Of a stretch of 64,000 nt of DNA, positions 50,229-59,789 are shown piece after piece. The stretch lies in assembly GCA_002796325.1 (NCBI GenBank), contig PCXA01000006.1, positions 970 through 64,969 of the forward strand, in the 5' to 3' direction. This stretch comes from Deltaproteobacteria bacterium CG11_big_fil_rev_8_21_14_0_20_47_16. GTDB lineage: Bacteria > UBA10199 > GCA-002796325 > 1-14-0-20-47-16. The notes below the pieces were generated by a model that saw only the letters and a list, made by a program, of their open reading frames with translations, had not been told where the DNA came from and did no database searches. The translations under genes and the position numbers were made by a program. Position 1 is the stretch's first letter. Every line of letters starts with the position of its first letter.

Positions 50229-51590
50229 TTACTGTGGCGGCAAAATCTTTGCAACGAGATCGTACGTGTGGGCCTCGGTGATTTCCACATTGGCAAACAT
50301 CCCAGGCTTAAGCTCAACACCGGAATCATCGTTAATGTAGGTCACACCGTCGATTTCGGGCCCCTGCGATTCAATACGCGCCTGCCAGAGAAGGTCTGTC
50401 TCTTCTGAAGGCCCTTCGATCAATGCGCGGTAAGTCTTGCCCACTTTTTCGGCGTTCTTGCGTGCCGCAACTTTGGACTGGGCTGCCATAATGGCTGCGT
50501 GGCGTTCTTGCTTCACATCATCAGGAACTTGGCCTTCCATTTTTGCGGCTTCTGTTCCGTCTTCTACTGAATAGGCAAAACAACCCACATGATCAAAGTG
50601 CCCTTCTTCTACAAACTTGAGCAATTTCATAAACTGCGCATCGGTTTCGCCTGGGAAACCGGCAATTAATGTGGTGCGTAGTGTGATGTCCGGAACTGCA
50701 GTGCGCAATTTTTCAATCACTCGCGGAATGTGGCGCACTGTTGCGGCACGACGCATGGATTTCAAAACATCTTCATCGACATGCTGGATGGGCATGTCGA
50801 CATATTTGCAGAGTGCAGGATGTGTGCGGTAGAGCTCCACTAATTCATCGGTGAACGTATGTGGGAATGTATAGAACAAGCGCACCCATTTATCGCCATC
50901 CAAGTCTGCCATGGCTTTCATGAGTGAAGCCAGATTCAGTGCTGGTTGCAGGTCAGTGCCATATGCAGTGGAGTCTTGCGCAATCAAATTGATTTCCTTG
51001 GTGCCCATGCCAATGTAGCGCTTGGCCTCTTCCAAAATGGAATCGAGAGGTCGCGACCGATGAGGACCACGCAACTGCGGAATGATGCAAAATGCACACT
51101 TGTGGTGGCAGCCTTCTGAAATTTTCAAATAGACACTATGCGTTGCCGTAGTGAGAACACGCGGCGTGTGGTCATCGTACAAATACGTGGGCGTTTGCGA
51201 AATGAGCTCACCCTTCACATTTTTGGTTTGCATAACACCGCTGGTCATTTTGAGCAGTTCGACAATTTTGGGGAATTCACCCGTGCCCACCCACAAGTCC
51301 ACTTCTGGAATTTCAACCGCCAATTCTTCACGGTACCGCTGCGATAAACAACCTGCGACAACCAACTTTTCGCACGCACCTGCTTCTTTGTATTGCGCCA
51401 TTTCCAAAATGGAATCGACAGATTCTTGTTTGGCCGAATCAATGAACGCGCAGGTGTTGACGACCAAGACATTGGCGGTTTCGGGATCTTTGACAATCCG
51501 ATACCCCGCCTTTTGCATGAGGCCCATCATCACTTCGCTGTCTACTTGGTTGCGTGCACAACCTAGGCTTACAAATCCGACGGTTTTCAT
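50229..51590 (-). CDS. rimO: Ribosomal protein S12 methylthiotransferase
   Basis: SLGC..N.VDSE, NTCAFI, KISEGCHHKCAFC, PEIDG TRAM domain. Confidence 0.96.
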   Translation of the reverse strand: MKTVGFVSLGCARNQVDSEVMMGLMQKAGYRIVKDPETANVLVVNTCAFIDSAKQESVDSILEMAQYKEAGACEKLVVAGCLSQRYREELAVEIPEVDLWVGTGEFPKIVELLKMTSGVMQTKNVKGELISQTPTYLYDDHTPRVLTTATHSVYLKISEGCHHKCAFCIIPQLRGPHRSRPLDSILEEAKRYIGMGTKEINLIAQDSTAYGTDLQPALNLASLMKAMADLDGDKWVRLFYTFPHTFTDELVELYRTHPALCKYVDMPIQHVDEDVLKSMRRAATVRHIPRVIEKLRTAVPDITLRTTLIAGFPGETDAQFMKLLKFVEEGHFDHVGCFAYSVEDGTEAAKMEGQVPDDVKQERHAAIMAAQSKVAARKNAEKVGKTYRALIEGPSEETDLLWQARIESQGPEIDGVTYINDDSGVELKPGMFANVEITEAHTYDLVAKILPPQ

Positions 51591-51596
51591 GTCGCC

Positions 51597-52082
51597 TCAG
51601 TTTCCACAGCACTTTTTAAATTTCTTACCACTACCACAGCTGCATGGATCGTTTCGCCCTGGTGTTGGCGTCTCTTTACGCACTGTCACTCCAGGAGTTT
51701 TGCCTTCAACAAAGTACCAATTATCACCACGACGGCGGAAAAAGCCGATTTCATGATGTTCGTGATCTTCACCTTCAACGCGAAAGCGCGCAATAAACTC
51801 CACTTTGCCTTGGCTATCTGCAACGCCGCCCTTTTCAGTTTTCACGACTTCTAGGCCCAACCATTTGGATGACTTGGCCCACTCACGCGCCGAATCAGCA
51901 TCGAAGGGTTCCTTATTATTGGGATCATTGGTACGCGCCACGAAATCAATATCACACTGCGTGTATGCAGTGTAACGTGCGCGCATCAATGCTTCAGCGG
52001 TTGGAGGATTTGCCGTACCCTTCAAATATCGTCCACAACAGTCATCTAATTTTTGTGCAGACCCACATGCGCAATTTGCCAT
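51597..52082 (-). CDS. YchJ family SEC-C motif protein
   Basis: [39 protein letters not shown]. Confidence 0.93.
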   Translation of the reverse strand: MANCACGSAQKLDDCCGRYLKGTANPPTAEALMRARYTAYTQCDIDFVARTNDPNNKEPFDADSAREWAKSSKWLGLEVVKTEKGGVADSQGKVEFIARFRVEGEDHEHHEIGFFRRRGDNWYFVEGKTPGVTVRKETPTPGRNDPCSCGSGKKFKKCCGN

Positions 52083-52110
52083 AAATGCTCCCTTTATCTA
52101 TAGAAGTTGT

Positions 52111-52136
52111 TATCGGTTGATCCCAAAAAAAGTTGC
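52111..52136 (-). promoter_or_regulatory. sigma28-like promoter GCAAC-N15-CCGATA
   Basis: Minus strand GCAACTTTTTTTGGGATCAACCGATA, 29 nt upstream of ychJ-like ATG. Confidence 0.75.
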
Positions 52137-52139
52137 GTC

Positions 52140-52967
52140 TTACCAATCAATTGCCTGCAAACTGGTGTTGGGGACAATTTGACTCACCAGTCGCAGTAAC
52201 GCATTATGCTTATTTTCCTGAAATTCTTTCTTGGAGATATAAGCCTTCACACGTCCAAGATTTGTATTCTTGATAAACTCCACTTCAGCAAGTCGAACAT
52301 ATCGAAGTGAAACATCCACCACACCTCGAGTTCCAAAATCACCATACAGATCAACACCTTGAAACTTATACACCTTCAAATTTCCATCACGCGATTCCTT
52401 CATTTTGAATGAAAATTGCGGCTCAAACACCAACTCTTTGGCATATTGGCAATAGCCATCATCCCAACTCTTAAAGCCTTTGCCTTGATTGAGTGGAAAC
52501 TGCACCGCCTTATCAAACGACACTGTGTATTGGGGAATGGAGTCCGTTGAAACAAGATAAATTTTGGTAATATGTGCTGGGAATGCAGGATCCTGAAACA
52601 CCTTTGCGGTAACCAAAATCTTACGTGCACTTGTGACATCAAACTGAACACCCATACCAATATCGGCCAAACTATTCTCGGCAATCACATTCAACAACCG
52701 ATAAAACTGCTGCAATTTGGAATTCACGTGAGATGTATCAAATATTTGCTGCAACACTGGACGTAATGTTTCCGCCTTAAGCATTTTGATTCTTGATGAT
52801 GTTGTGAGGGCATTAAGATCTTGAATCAGTTGATCAATATTCACTGGCGCAGGCGTTGTAACTGCTTGTGTTGGTTTGATATTACACTCCGGTGGCGGAA
52901 GCATGTCTTTACCTACAGCCGACACTGCCCATAACATAACCAGTCCAACCCACCTCTTTTTCACCAT
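52140..52967 (-). CDS. Exported hypothetical protein
   Basis: Signal-peptide-like MVKKRWVGLVMLWAVSAVG; SD GGAGG. Confidence 0.7.
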   Translation of the reverse strand: MVKKRWVGLVMLWAVSAVGKDMLPPPECNIKPTQAVTTPAPVNIDQLIQDLNALTTSSRIKMLKAETLRPVLQQIFDTSHVNSKLQQFYRLLNVIAENSLADIGMGVQFDVTSARKILVTAKVFQDPAFPAHITKIYLVSTDSIPQYTVSFDKAVQFPLNQGKGFKSWDDGYCQYAKELVFEPQFSFKMKESRDGNLKVYKFQGVDLYGDFGTRGVVDVSLRYVRLAEVEFIKNTNLGRVKAYISKKEFQENKHNALLRLVSQIVPNTSLQAIDW

Positions 52968-53046
52968 CACTTTTGACCTCCAAAACCCATAACCCATTAA
53001 TTTTAAAAAGAAAGAACCCTAGGCGAAATGTACCGGGTACACAAAG

Positions 53047-53718
53047 TTAGTAAATGTAGCAGCGTACAATCCATTCCATAAACAAGTTGGAGAGTGCATG
53101 AAATAAGATGGGAGCAATGAGGCCATCAGTGCGTTCGCGCAAATAACCAAAGACAAGCGATGGAAAGAAAATAGCAAAATGCCACCATTGAAATTGAATC
53201 AAACTATGAGCCGCTGCAAAGATAATACACGTTAGTATCCAACCCCACCCCAATCGTGCACCAAAAATTGACCACCGTGGCTTAAAGATCTGTTGGAACC
53301 GCGTTTGCATATATCCCCGAAAAAATGTTTCTTCCGGTAATGCGACCACGATCAATTGTGTCAGAATCAGATTCCAAGATGGCAACATCGCAAATTTGAA
53401 TGGATTGCCACCCCAGTAGAGCTGCGCCCAGAGATGTACCAAAAATGTATAAGGCACAAATATAATAATTGCCCACAGCAAAAAGAACCCCAGTGATCGC
53501 AAAACATGTAGGGGTGAGGTTTCAATAAAGACAAGCTGGTTGCGGTGCTTGCGCGTTATCGCCAAGGGGACATAAAGCAATACTGCTGCAAAAATAAGAC
53601 TACGGTATTGAAATAAAATGGAAAACGACTGAAGCCGCTCAATCATGTGGCCAAATGCCACAACAACTGCTGTGACCAAAAGAACTTGTATCATGCGACT
53701 GGATACCGTTTTTGACAC
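53047..53718 (-). CDS. CPBP/Abi (Rce1-like) intramembrane glutamic protease, myxosortase-like
   Basis: PEETFFRG, FAAAH, FHALSN; start uncertain. Confidence 0.88.
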   Translation of the reverse strand: MSKTVSSRMIQVLLVTAVVVAFGHMIERLQSFSILFQYRSLIFAAVLLYVPLAITRKHRNQLVFIETSPLHVLRSLGFFLLWAIIIFVPYTFLVHLWAQLYWGGNPFKFAMLPSWNLILTQLIVVALPEETFFRGYMQTRFQQIFKPRWSIFGARLGWGWILTCIIFAAAHSLIQFQWWHFAIFFPSLVFGYLRERTDGLIAPILFHALSNLFMEWIVRCYIY

Positions 53719-54506
53719 CAGCGATACACCAACACGCCCGCCACAAAGAAACCAATCATTACGACTTGACCTGTGGAGACCAAGCCGTTGAAATACATGC
53801 CACGATCTTCATCACCCCGCAAAAACTCAATAAGAAAACGTGATAAACCATAATACATCAAAAATATGGCCACCATCTGTCCATGAAATGTTTGATAGCG
53901 GTGGCGCCACTGCATGAAGAAGAACAAGACAATTGCACTAATTTGAAAATAGATTTGTGAGGCATGAAGCGGAATATTGGGATAAAAATGATATGCTGTT
54001 GAATTGGGATCCGTAAACGTCAGGTGTATAAAAAAGTCCGTCGGCCGGCCATAGCAACAACCCGCCAGTAGACATCCCAAACGAACAAAGAAGAGAATAA
54101 ATGGCACGACTCTCGCCATGATATCCAAGTATGGCAACATCGGCTGTTTGCGCCACTTGAAGTAGAGAATCCAACCTCCAATGGTCGCAATAAATGCCCC
54201 TAGGGAAACAAAACCACCCTGCCAGAAGTAAAACACACGCACAAACAACGATGGATCCCAGGGCCAAATGCCATAGTAATCAGGCGCTTCAACCAAGACG
54301 TGAAAAATGCGCGCACCCAACATTGATGCAACCACGGCAATAATGGCCATGTCCAAAACAACCACTTCAGAACGACCATCTTGTCGCGCAAATCGAACAG
54401 CAAAATAAGTGGCTACCAATGTCGCCACCATAATCATAAAGAAGAATGCGGGAACACCCGCAATACCGAGCGACGAAAACCAGCCTTTAAACAATATCGG
54501 CATCAT
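53691..54506 (-). CDS. lgt: Prolipoprotein diacylglyceryl transferase family, paralog 2 (divergent)
   Basis: GARIFHV, WQGG, RLGCLLAGCCYG, RFLIEFLRGD. Confidence 0.8.
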   Translation of the reverse strand: MMPILFKGWFSSLGIAGVPAFFFMIMVATLVATYFAVRFARQDGRSEVVVLDMAIIAVVASMLGARIFHVLVEAPDYYGIWPWDPSLFVRVFYFWQGGFVSLGAFIATIGGWILYFKWRKQPMLPYLDIMARVVPFILFFVRLGCLLAGCCYGRPTDFFIHLTFTDPNSTAYHFYPNIPLHASQIYFQISAIVLFFFMQWRHRYQTFHGQMVAIFLMYYGLSRFLIEFLRGDEDRGMYFNGLVSTGQVVMIGFFVAGVLVYRWCQKRYPVA

Positions 54507-55036
54507 GCGTTGTTCCTCCCCTCAAAAAATATCATATGAATAACAATTAAGACCATTGCAATTGTGATCGCACTATCTGCCACATTAAATGATGGCCACT
54601 CCCATTTAAATCCAATGTGCCAACCCAAGACATTCCAATTAGCAACCGCATCACGCCAATGAAAAGACAAGAAATCCACAACATTCCCAAAGCGAATGCG
54701 GTCAACTAAGTTACCCACTAAGCCACCAAACACCAAAGCAATGACCCAGGACATCAGTGTAACATAATTGGGAAGTTTGCGTAAAATACTGATGAGTACT
54801 ACCACCGCTATCAGGGCAACGACATAAAAGAAGGGTTCGCGCAATGGGCTGTCTGAATTGGCAAACATCCCAAAAGCAGCGCCCGTATTGCGAATGTGAA
54901 CAATATCAAAGAATCCTGGAATCACAGGTACGGTGCTATACAGCGGCACATACGTTAGAATGAGCCACTTGGTAAGTTGATCCAACGCAATAATGACAGC
55001 ACTGACAATGATAACCAATTTGTATTTGGATGGCAT
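54503..55036 (-). CDS. lspA: Lipoprotein signal peptidase II
   Basis: DQLTK, NTGAAFG, GNLVDR, VVDF, FNVAD. Confidence 0.95.
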   Translation of the reverse strand: MPSKYKLVIIVSAVIIALDQLTKWLILTYVPLYSTVPVIPGFFDIVHIRNTGAAFGMFANSDSPLREPFFYVVALIAVVVLISILRKLPNYVTLMSWVIALVFGGLVGNLVDRIRFGNVVDFLSFHWRDAVANWNVLGWHIGFKWEWPSFNVADSAITIAMVLIVIHMIFFEGRNNA

Positions 55037-55056
55037 GATACTTATTCCCCCAAGGT

Positions 55057-55088
55057 GATTGCAGCGCCCTGAAGGGCCTCGCAATGAC
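55057..55088. repeat. REP-like palindrome between ileS and lspA
   Basis: Minus strand GTCATTGCGAGGCCCTTCAGGGCGCTGCAATC hairpin. Confidence 0.5.
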
Positions 55089-55092
55089 AGCC

Positions 55093-57894
55093 TTACCCCA
55101 CAACCTCGATACAACGCGTACATAATGTAGGTGCGTTGCCATGCTGCCCCACACCGGATGCACGCCGCCAACACCGCTCGCACTTTTCGCGGTCAGAACG
55201 CGTCACCGCAATTTGGATACTGGGATTGCGCGTAAATGCCCCCACATATTTTCCCTCAGCAGGACCAAATTCAACTTCAGATACCAACAACAAATCAGCC
55301 AGTTCATCTCCAAAGCGCTCTAAGAATCCCTTAAGATCACCATCTGCAGAGACTGTAATTTTAGCATCCAATGAATTACCAATTTCTTTGTCCTTACGCG
55401 CAGGTTCAATCACGGCAGTCACGTCCGATCGAAACTCACGCAACCGTTCCCAACGCTCAATTTCAGTAGGATTAATATCACCCAAAGTTGTTTCAGTTGT
55501 TGGCATTGGTGCCAGGAATACAGATTCCTGGCGGCCTGTGTAAGTCGGCGAAAATTGCCAAATTTCTTCTGCTGTAAAAGAAAGAATCGGCGCAATCAAA
55601 CGTGCGACAGTCTCTAAAATAATCCACATGGCGGACTGCGCTGAACGCCGAAGTTCGCCACACTTCTTTTCACAGTATAAACGGTCTTTTAAAACATCTA
55701 AATAGAACGCACTCATGTCCACTGTGCAGAATTGATTGAGGGCATGATACACCGCATGAAATTCAAAATTCTGATAGGCCGCCTGGCAACGCCACACCAA
55801 TTGACGCAACAGGTGCAATGCATAACGATCCAAAAGCTGCATTTTTTCTGGGGGAATAAAATCACCTTTGGGATCAAAATCATTTAAGTTCCCCAAAATG
55901 AACCGTGCCGTATTGCGAATTTTGCGGTAGCCTTCGATAACGCGACTCAAAATTTCAGACGAAAAGCGTGTATCATTGCGATAGTCTTCAGCCGACACCC
56001 ACAAGCGCAGCACCTCTGCACCGTTTTTGGCAATCACTTCTTCCGGTGGGATAAAATTTTTGGCCGATTTGGAATATTTGCGACCTTCTGCATCCATTAC
56101 AAACCCATGTGTCAGCACAGCTTTGTAAGGCGCGTGTCCGCGGGTCGCCATCGCTGTAAGCAGTGACGTATGAAACCAGCCACGATGCTGATCGCTACCT
56201 TCCAGATACAAGTCCACAGGCAATTGAATGCCCTTCTTCTCAATGACTGCCGCATAGGACACACCGGAATCAAACCACACATCCAAGATATTCCACTCTT
56301 TGACAAAATGATCAGCAGTATTACAAGTGGGGCATACAAAACCTTCTGGCATTAACGATTCAAGTTCATCGCTGTACCATGCATCAGCACCCTTCTCATC
56401 AAAGACGCTTGCCACATGACGAATAAACTCGGGCGTGGTGTGCACTTGATTACACTGTGTGCAGGTCACCGCCACAATGGGAACACCCCAAGAACGCTGA
56501 CGCGACAAACACCAATCCGGACGATTTTGTAGCATCCCAAAAATGCGCTCACGTCCCCACGATGGAATCCATTGAACACGATCCACTTCTTCCAAGACGC
56601 GCGAACGGAAATTGTCCTTTTCCATGCTTAAAAACCACTGCTCGGTTGCACGATAGATCACTGGTTTTTTGCATCGCCAACAATGGGGATAGGAATGTGA
56701 AATTTTGGATTCAAAAATTAAAGCACCCAAATCTTTTAATTTATCGATAACTAGAGGATTGGCTTTGGTAGTTGTCACTCCCACCAACCAATCGCAGTTC
56801 ACATCTTGCGTAAACTTACCATAATGATCCAAAGGCGCAAAGGCATCCAAACCGTACTTCTGACCCACAATGAAGTCTTCCTGACCGTGCCCAGGTGCAG
56901 TATGGACGCAGCCAGTACCTGCATCGATTGTCACATGATCACCCATCACAATAAGCGAATCACGATCAATAAATGGATGACGTGCTGTCTTCCTATCCAA
57001 CAATTTGGGGTCCACAGAACCGACTACTTTGGCGTTTTCCAAACCAGTGGCTTCAAGCATGGGACGCACAAGGCCTTCTGCCACCACCCACAATTCCTGA
57101 TCTACTTGCACAGCAACGTAGTGAAAATGCGGATTCAACGCGATGCCCAAATTGGCAGGCAGAGTCCATGGAGTTGTTGTCCAGATCACCATGTACATTG
57201 GCAAGTTGGGTAAATTGTTTTCTTTGGCGACTTGCTCGTCACCATTCAAACGAAATTTGACATAGATTGAAGGTGAGCTGTGATCTGCATACTCTACTTC
57301 AGCTTCTGCCAATGCCGTTGCACAAGACATACACCAATAAATAGGCTTGCGCCCCCGATACACCATTCCCTTTTCAACACAGTTGGCAAATTCACGCGCA
57401 ATTTGCCCTTCGTATGAGAAGTCCATTGTTCGGTAAGGATTGTCCCAATCTGCAAATGCACCCAAACGCTTAAACTGTTCACGTTGACGGTCAATCACAC
57501 CCGCTGCATAGTCCCGGCACTTTTGACGAATTTCTAGCGCAGTCATTTCTTTCTTTTTGCCACCCAATTCCTTTTCAACTTGCAACTCAATGGGCAAACC
57601 GTGGCAATCCCAACCAGGAGTTAATGGCGTCGCAAACCCCGACATTGCCTTGAACTTAATCGTAATATCTTTGAGCACTTTGTTCATGATGTGACCGATG
57701 TGAATATCCCCATTGGCGTACGGGGGACCATCGTGCAAAATGAAAGGCGGCGCTGATTTACGCTCACTCAATAATTTATTATAGATGTCCATCGATTCCC
57801 AGCGCGCAAGAAATTCTGGCTCACGCCGCGCCAGGTCTGCCTTCATCGGGAATTCCGTTTGGGGCAGCAGAAGTGTATCTTTGTAGTCTGTCAT
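55093..57894 (-). CDS. ileS: Isoleucine--tRNA ligase (type 1)
   Basis: HDGPPYANG.IHIGH, GWDCHGLP, KYSKS (KMSKS variant), C-terminal CERCW zinc finger. Confidence 0.98.
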   Translation of the reverse strand: MTDYKDTLLLPQTEFPMKADLARREPEFLARWESMDIYNKLLSERKSAPPFILHDGPPYANGDIHIGHIMNKVLKDITIKFKAMSGFATPLTPGWDCHGLPIELQVEKELGGKKKEMTALEIRQKCRDYAAGVIDRQREQFKRLGAFADWDNPYRTMDFSYEGQIAREFANCVEKGMVYRGRKPIYWCMSCATALAEAEVEYADHSSPSIYVKFRLNGDEQVAKENNLPNLPMYMVIWTTTPWTLPANLGIALNPHFHYVAVQVDQELWVVAEGLVRPMLEATGLENAKVVGSVDPKLLDRKTARHPFIDRDSLIVMGDHVTIDAGTGCVHTAPGHGQEDFIVGQKYGLDAFAPLDHYGKFTQDVNCDWLVGVTTTKANPLVIDKLKDLGALIFESKISHSYPHCWRCKKPVIYRATEQWFLSMEKDNFRSRVLEEVDRVQWIPSWGRERIFGMLQNRPDWCLSRQRSWGVPIVAVTCTQCNQVHTTPEFIRHVASVFDEKGADAWYSDELESLMPEGFVCPTCNTADHFVKEWNILDVWFDSGVSYAAVIEKKGIQLPVDLYLEGSDQHRGWFHTSLLTAMATRGHAPYKAVLTHGFVMDAEGRKYSKSAKNFIPPEEVIAKNGAEVLRLWVSAEDYRNDTRFSSEILSRVIEGYRKIRNTARFILGNLNDFDPKGDFIPPEKMQLLDRYALHLLRQLVWRCQAAYQNFEFHAVYHALNQFCTVDMSAFYLDVLKDRLYCEKKCGELRRSAQSAMWIILETVARLIAPILSFTAEEIWQFSPTYTGRQESVFLAPMPTTETTLGDINPTEIERWERLREFRSDVTAVIEPARKDKEIGNSLDAKITVSADGDLKGFLERFGDELADLLLVSEVEFGPAEGKYVGAFTRNPSIQIAVTRSDREKCERCWRRASGVGQHGNAPTLCTRCIEVVG

Positions 57895-58394
57895 TCGTGA
57901 TAATCCTCAACCCCCAGGTTGGTTACATCCGGCGTATCAGATCTTAGATAATTACCGATTTTCTTAAACACATCTTCTTCCTGATAGCCGCTTGATTTTA
58001 CTTCGTGAACAATTGTACGTACATGCGATGTAATCACCACACGCGTTTTGCCTCCTTCAGGCATAACATTCAATACCAATTGGTAGTAACCAGCAAAGTT
58101 CCCGAAATCACGCGTATCAGGATCCGTACGATCAAATGGATTAATATAATGGGAGTTGGGAGTTGTTGGCACCCACGATGTCGAAATCAATCCATTCACC
58201 AAATCTTCATGCCCAACAGGATAATCATCTGCAGCTAACGCCCAGCGAATGGCATAGTACACTTGGTTAGGCGTTGCTGAGAATGTCTTCTCATATGATT
58301 TAGTTGTTTGGTCTTTACCCTGGATCAAGGGCTTTGCACAGGCAGATAACAAGACCAATGCCACCAACATACCAAAACCGCATTTATTTTGCAT
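57891..58394 (-). CDS. Hypothetical lipoprotein
   Basis: Lipobox LSAC. Confidence 0.75.
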   Translation of the reverse strand: MQNKCGFGMLVALVLLSACAKPLIQGKDQTTKSYEKTFSATPNQVYYAIRWALAADDYPVGHEDLVNGLISTSWVPTTPNSHYINPFDRTDPDTRDFGNFAGYYQLVLNVMPEGGKTRVVITSHVRTIVHEVKSSGYQEEDVFKKIGNYLRSDTPDVTNLGVEDYHE

Positions 58395-59169
58395 AACGCC
58401 TCCGCCACAAATATAGTCCCAATCCCATTGATGCCATAATCAATGCGATTCCTTGAGACGTTGATACGTAAGGATCAATCCAATACCCACGATCGGTATC
58501 ACCACGAATGTATTCCAGAGTGAAGCGCAACACTGCATAAATCATCAGATACAACAAGATGATCTGGCCTGAAAATTTTTGGCGCCGCCCCATCCATGCC
58601 AGAAACAGAAAAATACACACTTCGCCCAGAGATTCCATAATTTGCGTGGGATACAATGCGATTCCTACAGGGGCCAGTGACCCCACACCATCCGGAAATG
58701 TGATGCCATACCATGCATCCAATGGTGCGGGACGACCATGGCAACAACCCGCCATCAGGCACCCAAGACGTCCAAAAGCATGTCCCAAGGAAACGCCTGG
58801 CGCAACAATATCAGCACAAGTCCAGAATGATAATTTATAACGCCAGACATAGAATGCAACGGCCATAATACCACCAACAACACCGCCATAGAATGTAATG
58901 CCACCTTGCCAAATTTTAAAGATATCCAGCGGTGCATGAATAAACATGCCTGGATCCACCACCAAAATGTAATGAAGACGGGAAACAACAAGGCCCGTAA
59001 GGATCATGTAAAATACCATGTCCATGATACGGTTGGGATTTTCACCGCGACGCTTGGCATCAAAACCACACCACCACATACCTGCCAAGAACCCCGCGGC
59101 TGCCATAACGCCGTACGTATGAATTGTAATTCCCCCGAATACTGGAATTGTAAATAAAACCGGATGCAT
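58384..59169 (-). CDS. lgt: Prolipoprotein diacylglyceryl transferase, paralog 1
   Basis: MHPVLF..TYG, IWQGGITFYGG, GRLGC..AGCC.G, YPTQ, RF..E..RGD. Confidence 0.9.
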   Translation of the reverse strand: MHPVLFTIPVFGGITIHTYGVMAAAGFLAGMWWCGFDAKRRGENPNRIMDMVFYMILTGLVVSRLHYILVVDPGMFIHAPLDIFKIWQGGITFYGGVVGGIMAVAFYVWRYKLSFWTCADIVAPGVSLGHAFGRLGCLMAGCCHGRPAPLDAWYGITFPDGVGSLAPVGIALYPTQIMESLGEVCIFLFLAWMGRRQKFSGQIILLYLMIYAVLRFTLEYIRGDTDRGYWIDPYVSTSQGIALIMASMGLGLYLWRRRYAK

Positions 59170-59234
59170 AAGTGCTGCGTCTATAAGGGAGGAAGTACTA
59201 GAAGTAAATGAAAAATCGGCTAGAAATTACTCAC

Positions 59235-59735
59235 TTACTGGATGATTGCGCCCACGACACCGCCAAGTGCACAACCAGCAGCTGCAACAAGTAGGAACGG
59301 GCCTGTGGATGAAAAAACAATCCCACCAGCAAGAGCGCCTGCAACGCCACCAATGGCAGGTGCTTCTATAGGATATTCAGAATAATTGAGAAATTCAGAA
59401 CGCTTTTGGCGGGACAGCGCAACAAGCGGAATATTCCCTTTTAGCACTTCAGCTTTGAACAAATTGTATTGATAGTCTGAAACATGACCTAAGAAATGAT
59501 CTGATCCACTATCGCAGTCATCCCCGATAACAACTTTTGCACGATGTTCGTCACGAACGGTTAAACAAACGGGGACATCCAAAAGGCGACTAAAATAGCC
59601 TCTGTTCTGTAAAGCATCTTCAAATGCATTATATGTGTGATGGTTACGCACATATGTTAAACCAACATCTGTAGTTAGTGCACTCATTGAAGCCTCCGTA
59701 TTAAATAATGCGGGGGCCTCTAACGGAGCCATCAT
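59235..59735 (-). CDS. Hypothetical protein with C-terminal glycine-zipper hairpin
   Basis: IGGVAGALAGG...ALGGVVGA. Confidence 0.6.
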   Translation of the reverse strand: MMAPLEAPALFNTEASMSALTTDVGLTYVRNHHTYNAFEDALQNRGYFSRLLDVPVCLTVRDEHRAKVVIGDDCDSGSDHFLGHVSDYQYNLFKAEVLKGNIPLVALSRQKRSEFLNYSEYPIEAPAIGGVAGALAGGIVFSSTGPFLLVAAAGCALGGVVGAIIQ

Positions 59736-59789
59736 AATGAATCAAGACTTTTTGAGAGGTGTTTTGACCTGCTGCAGCAATGGGCATTC

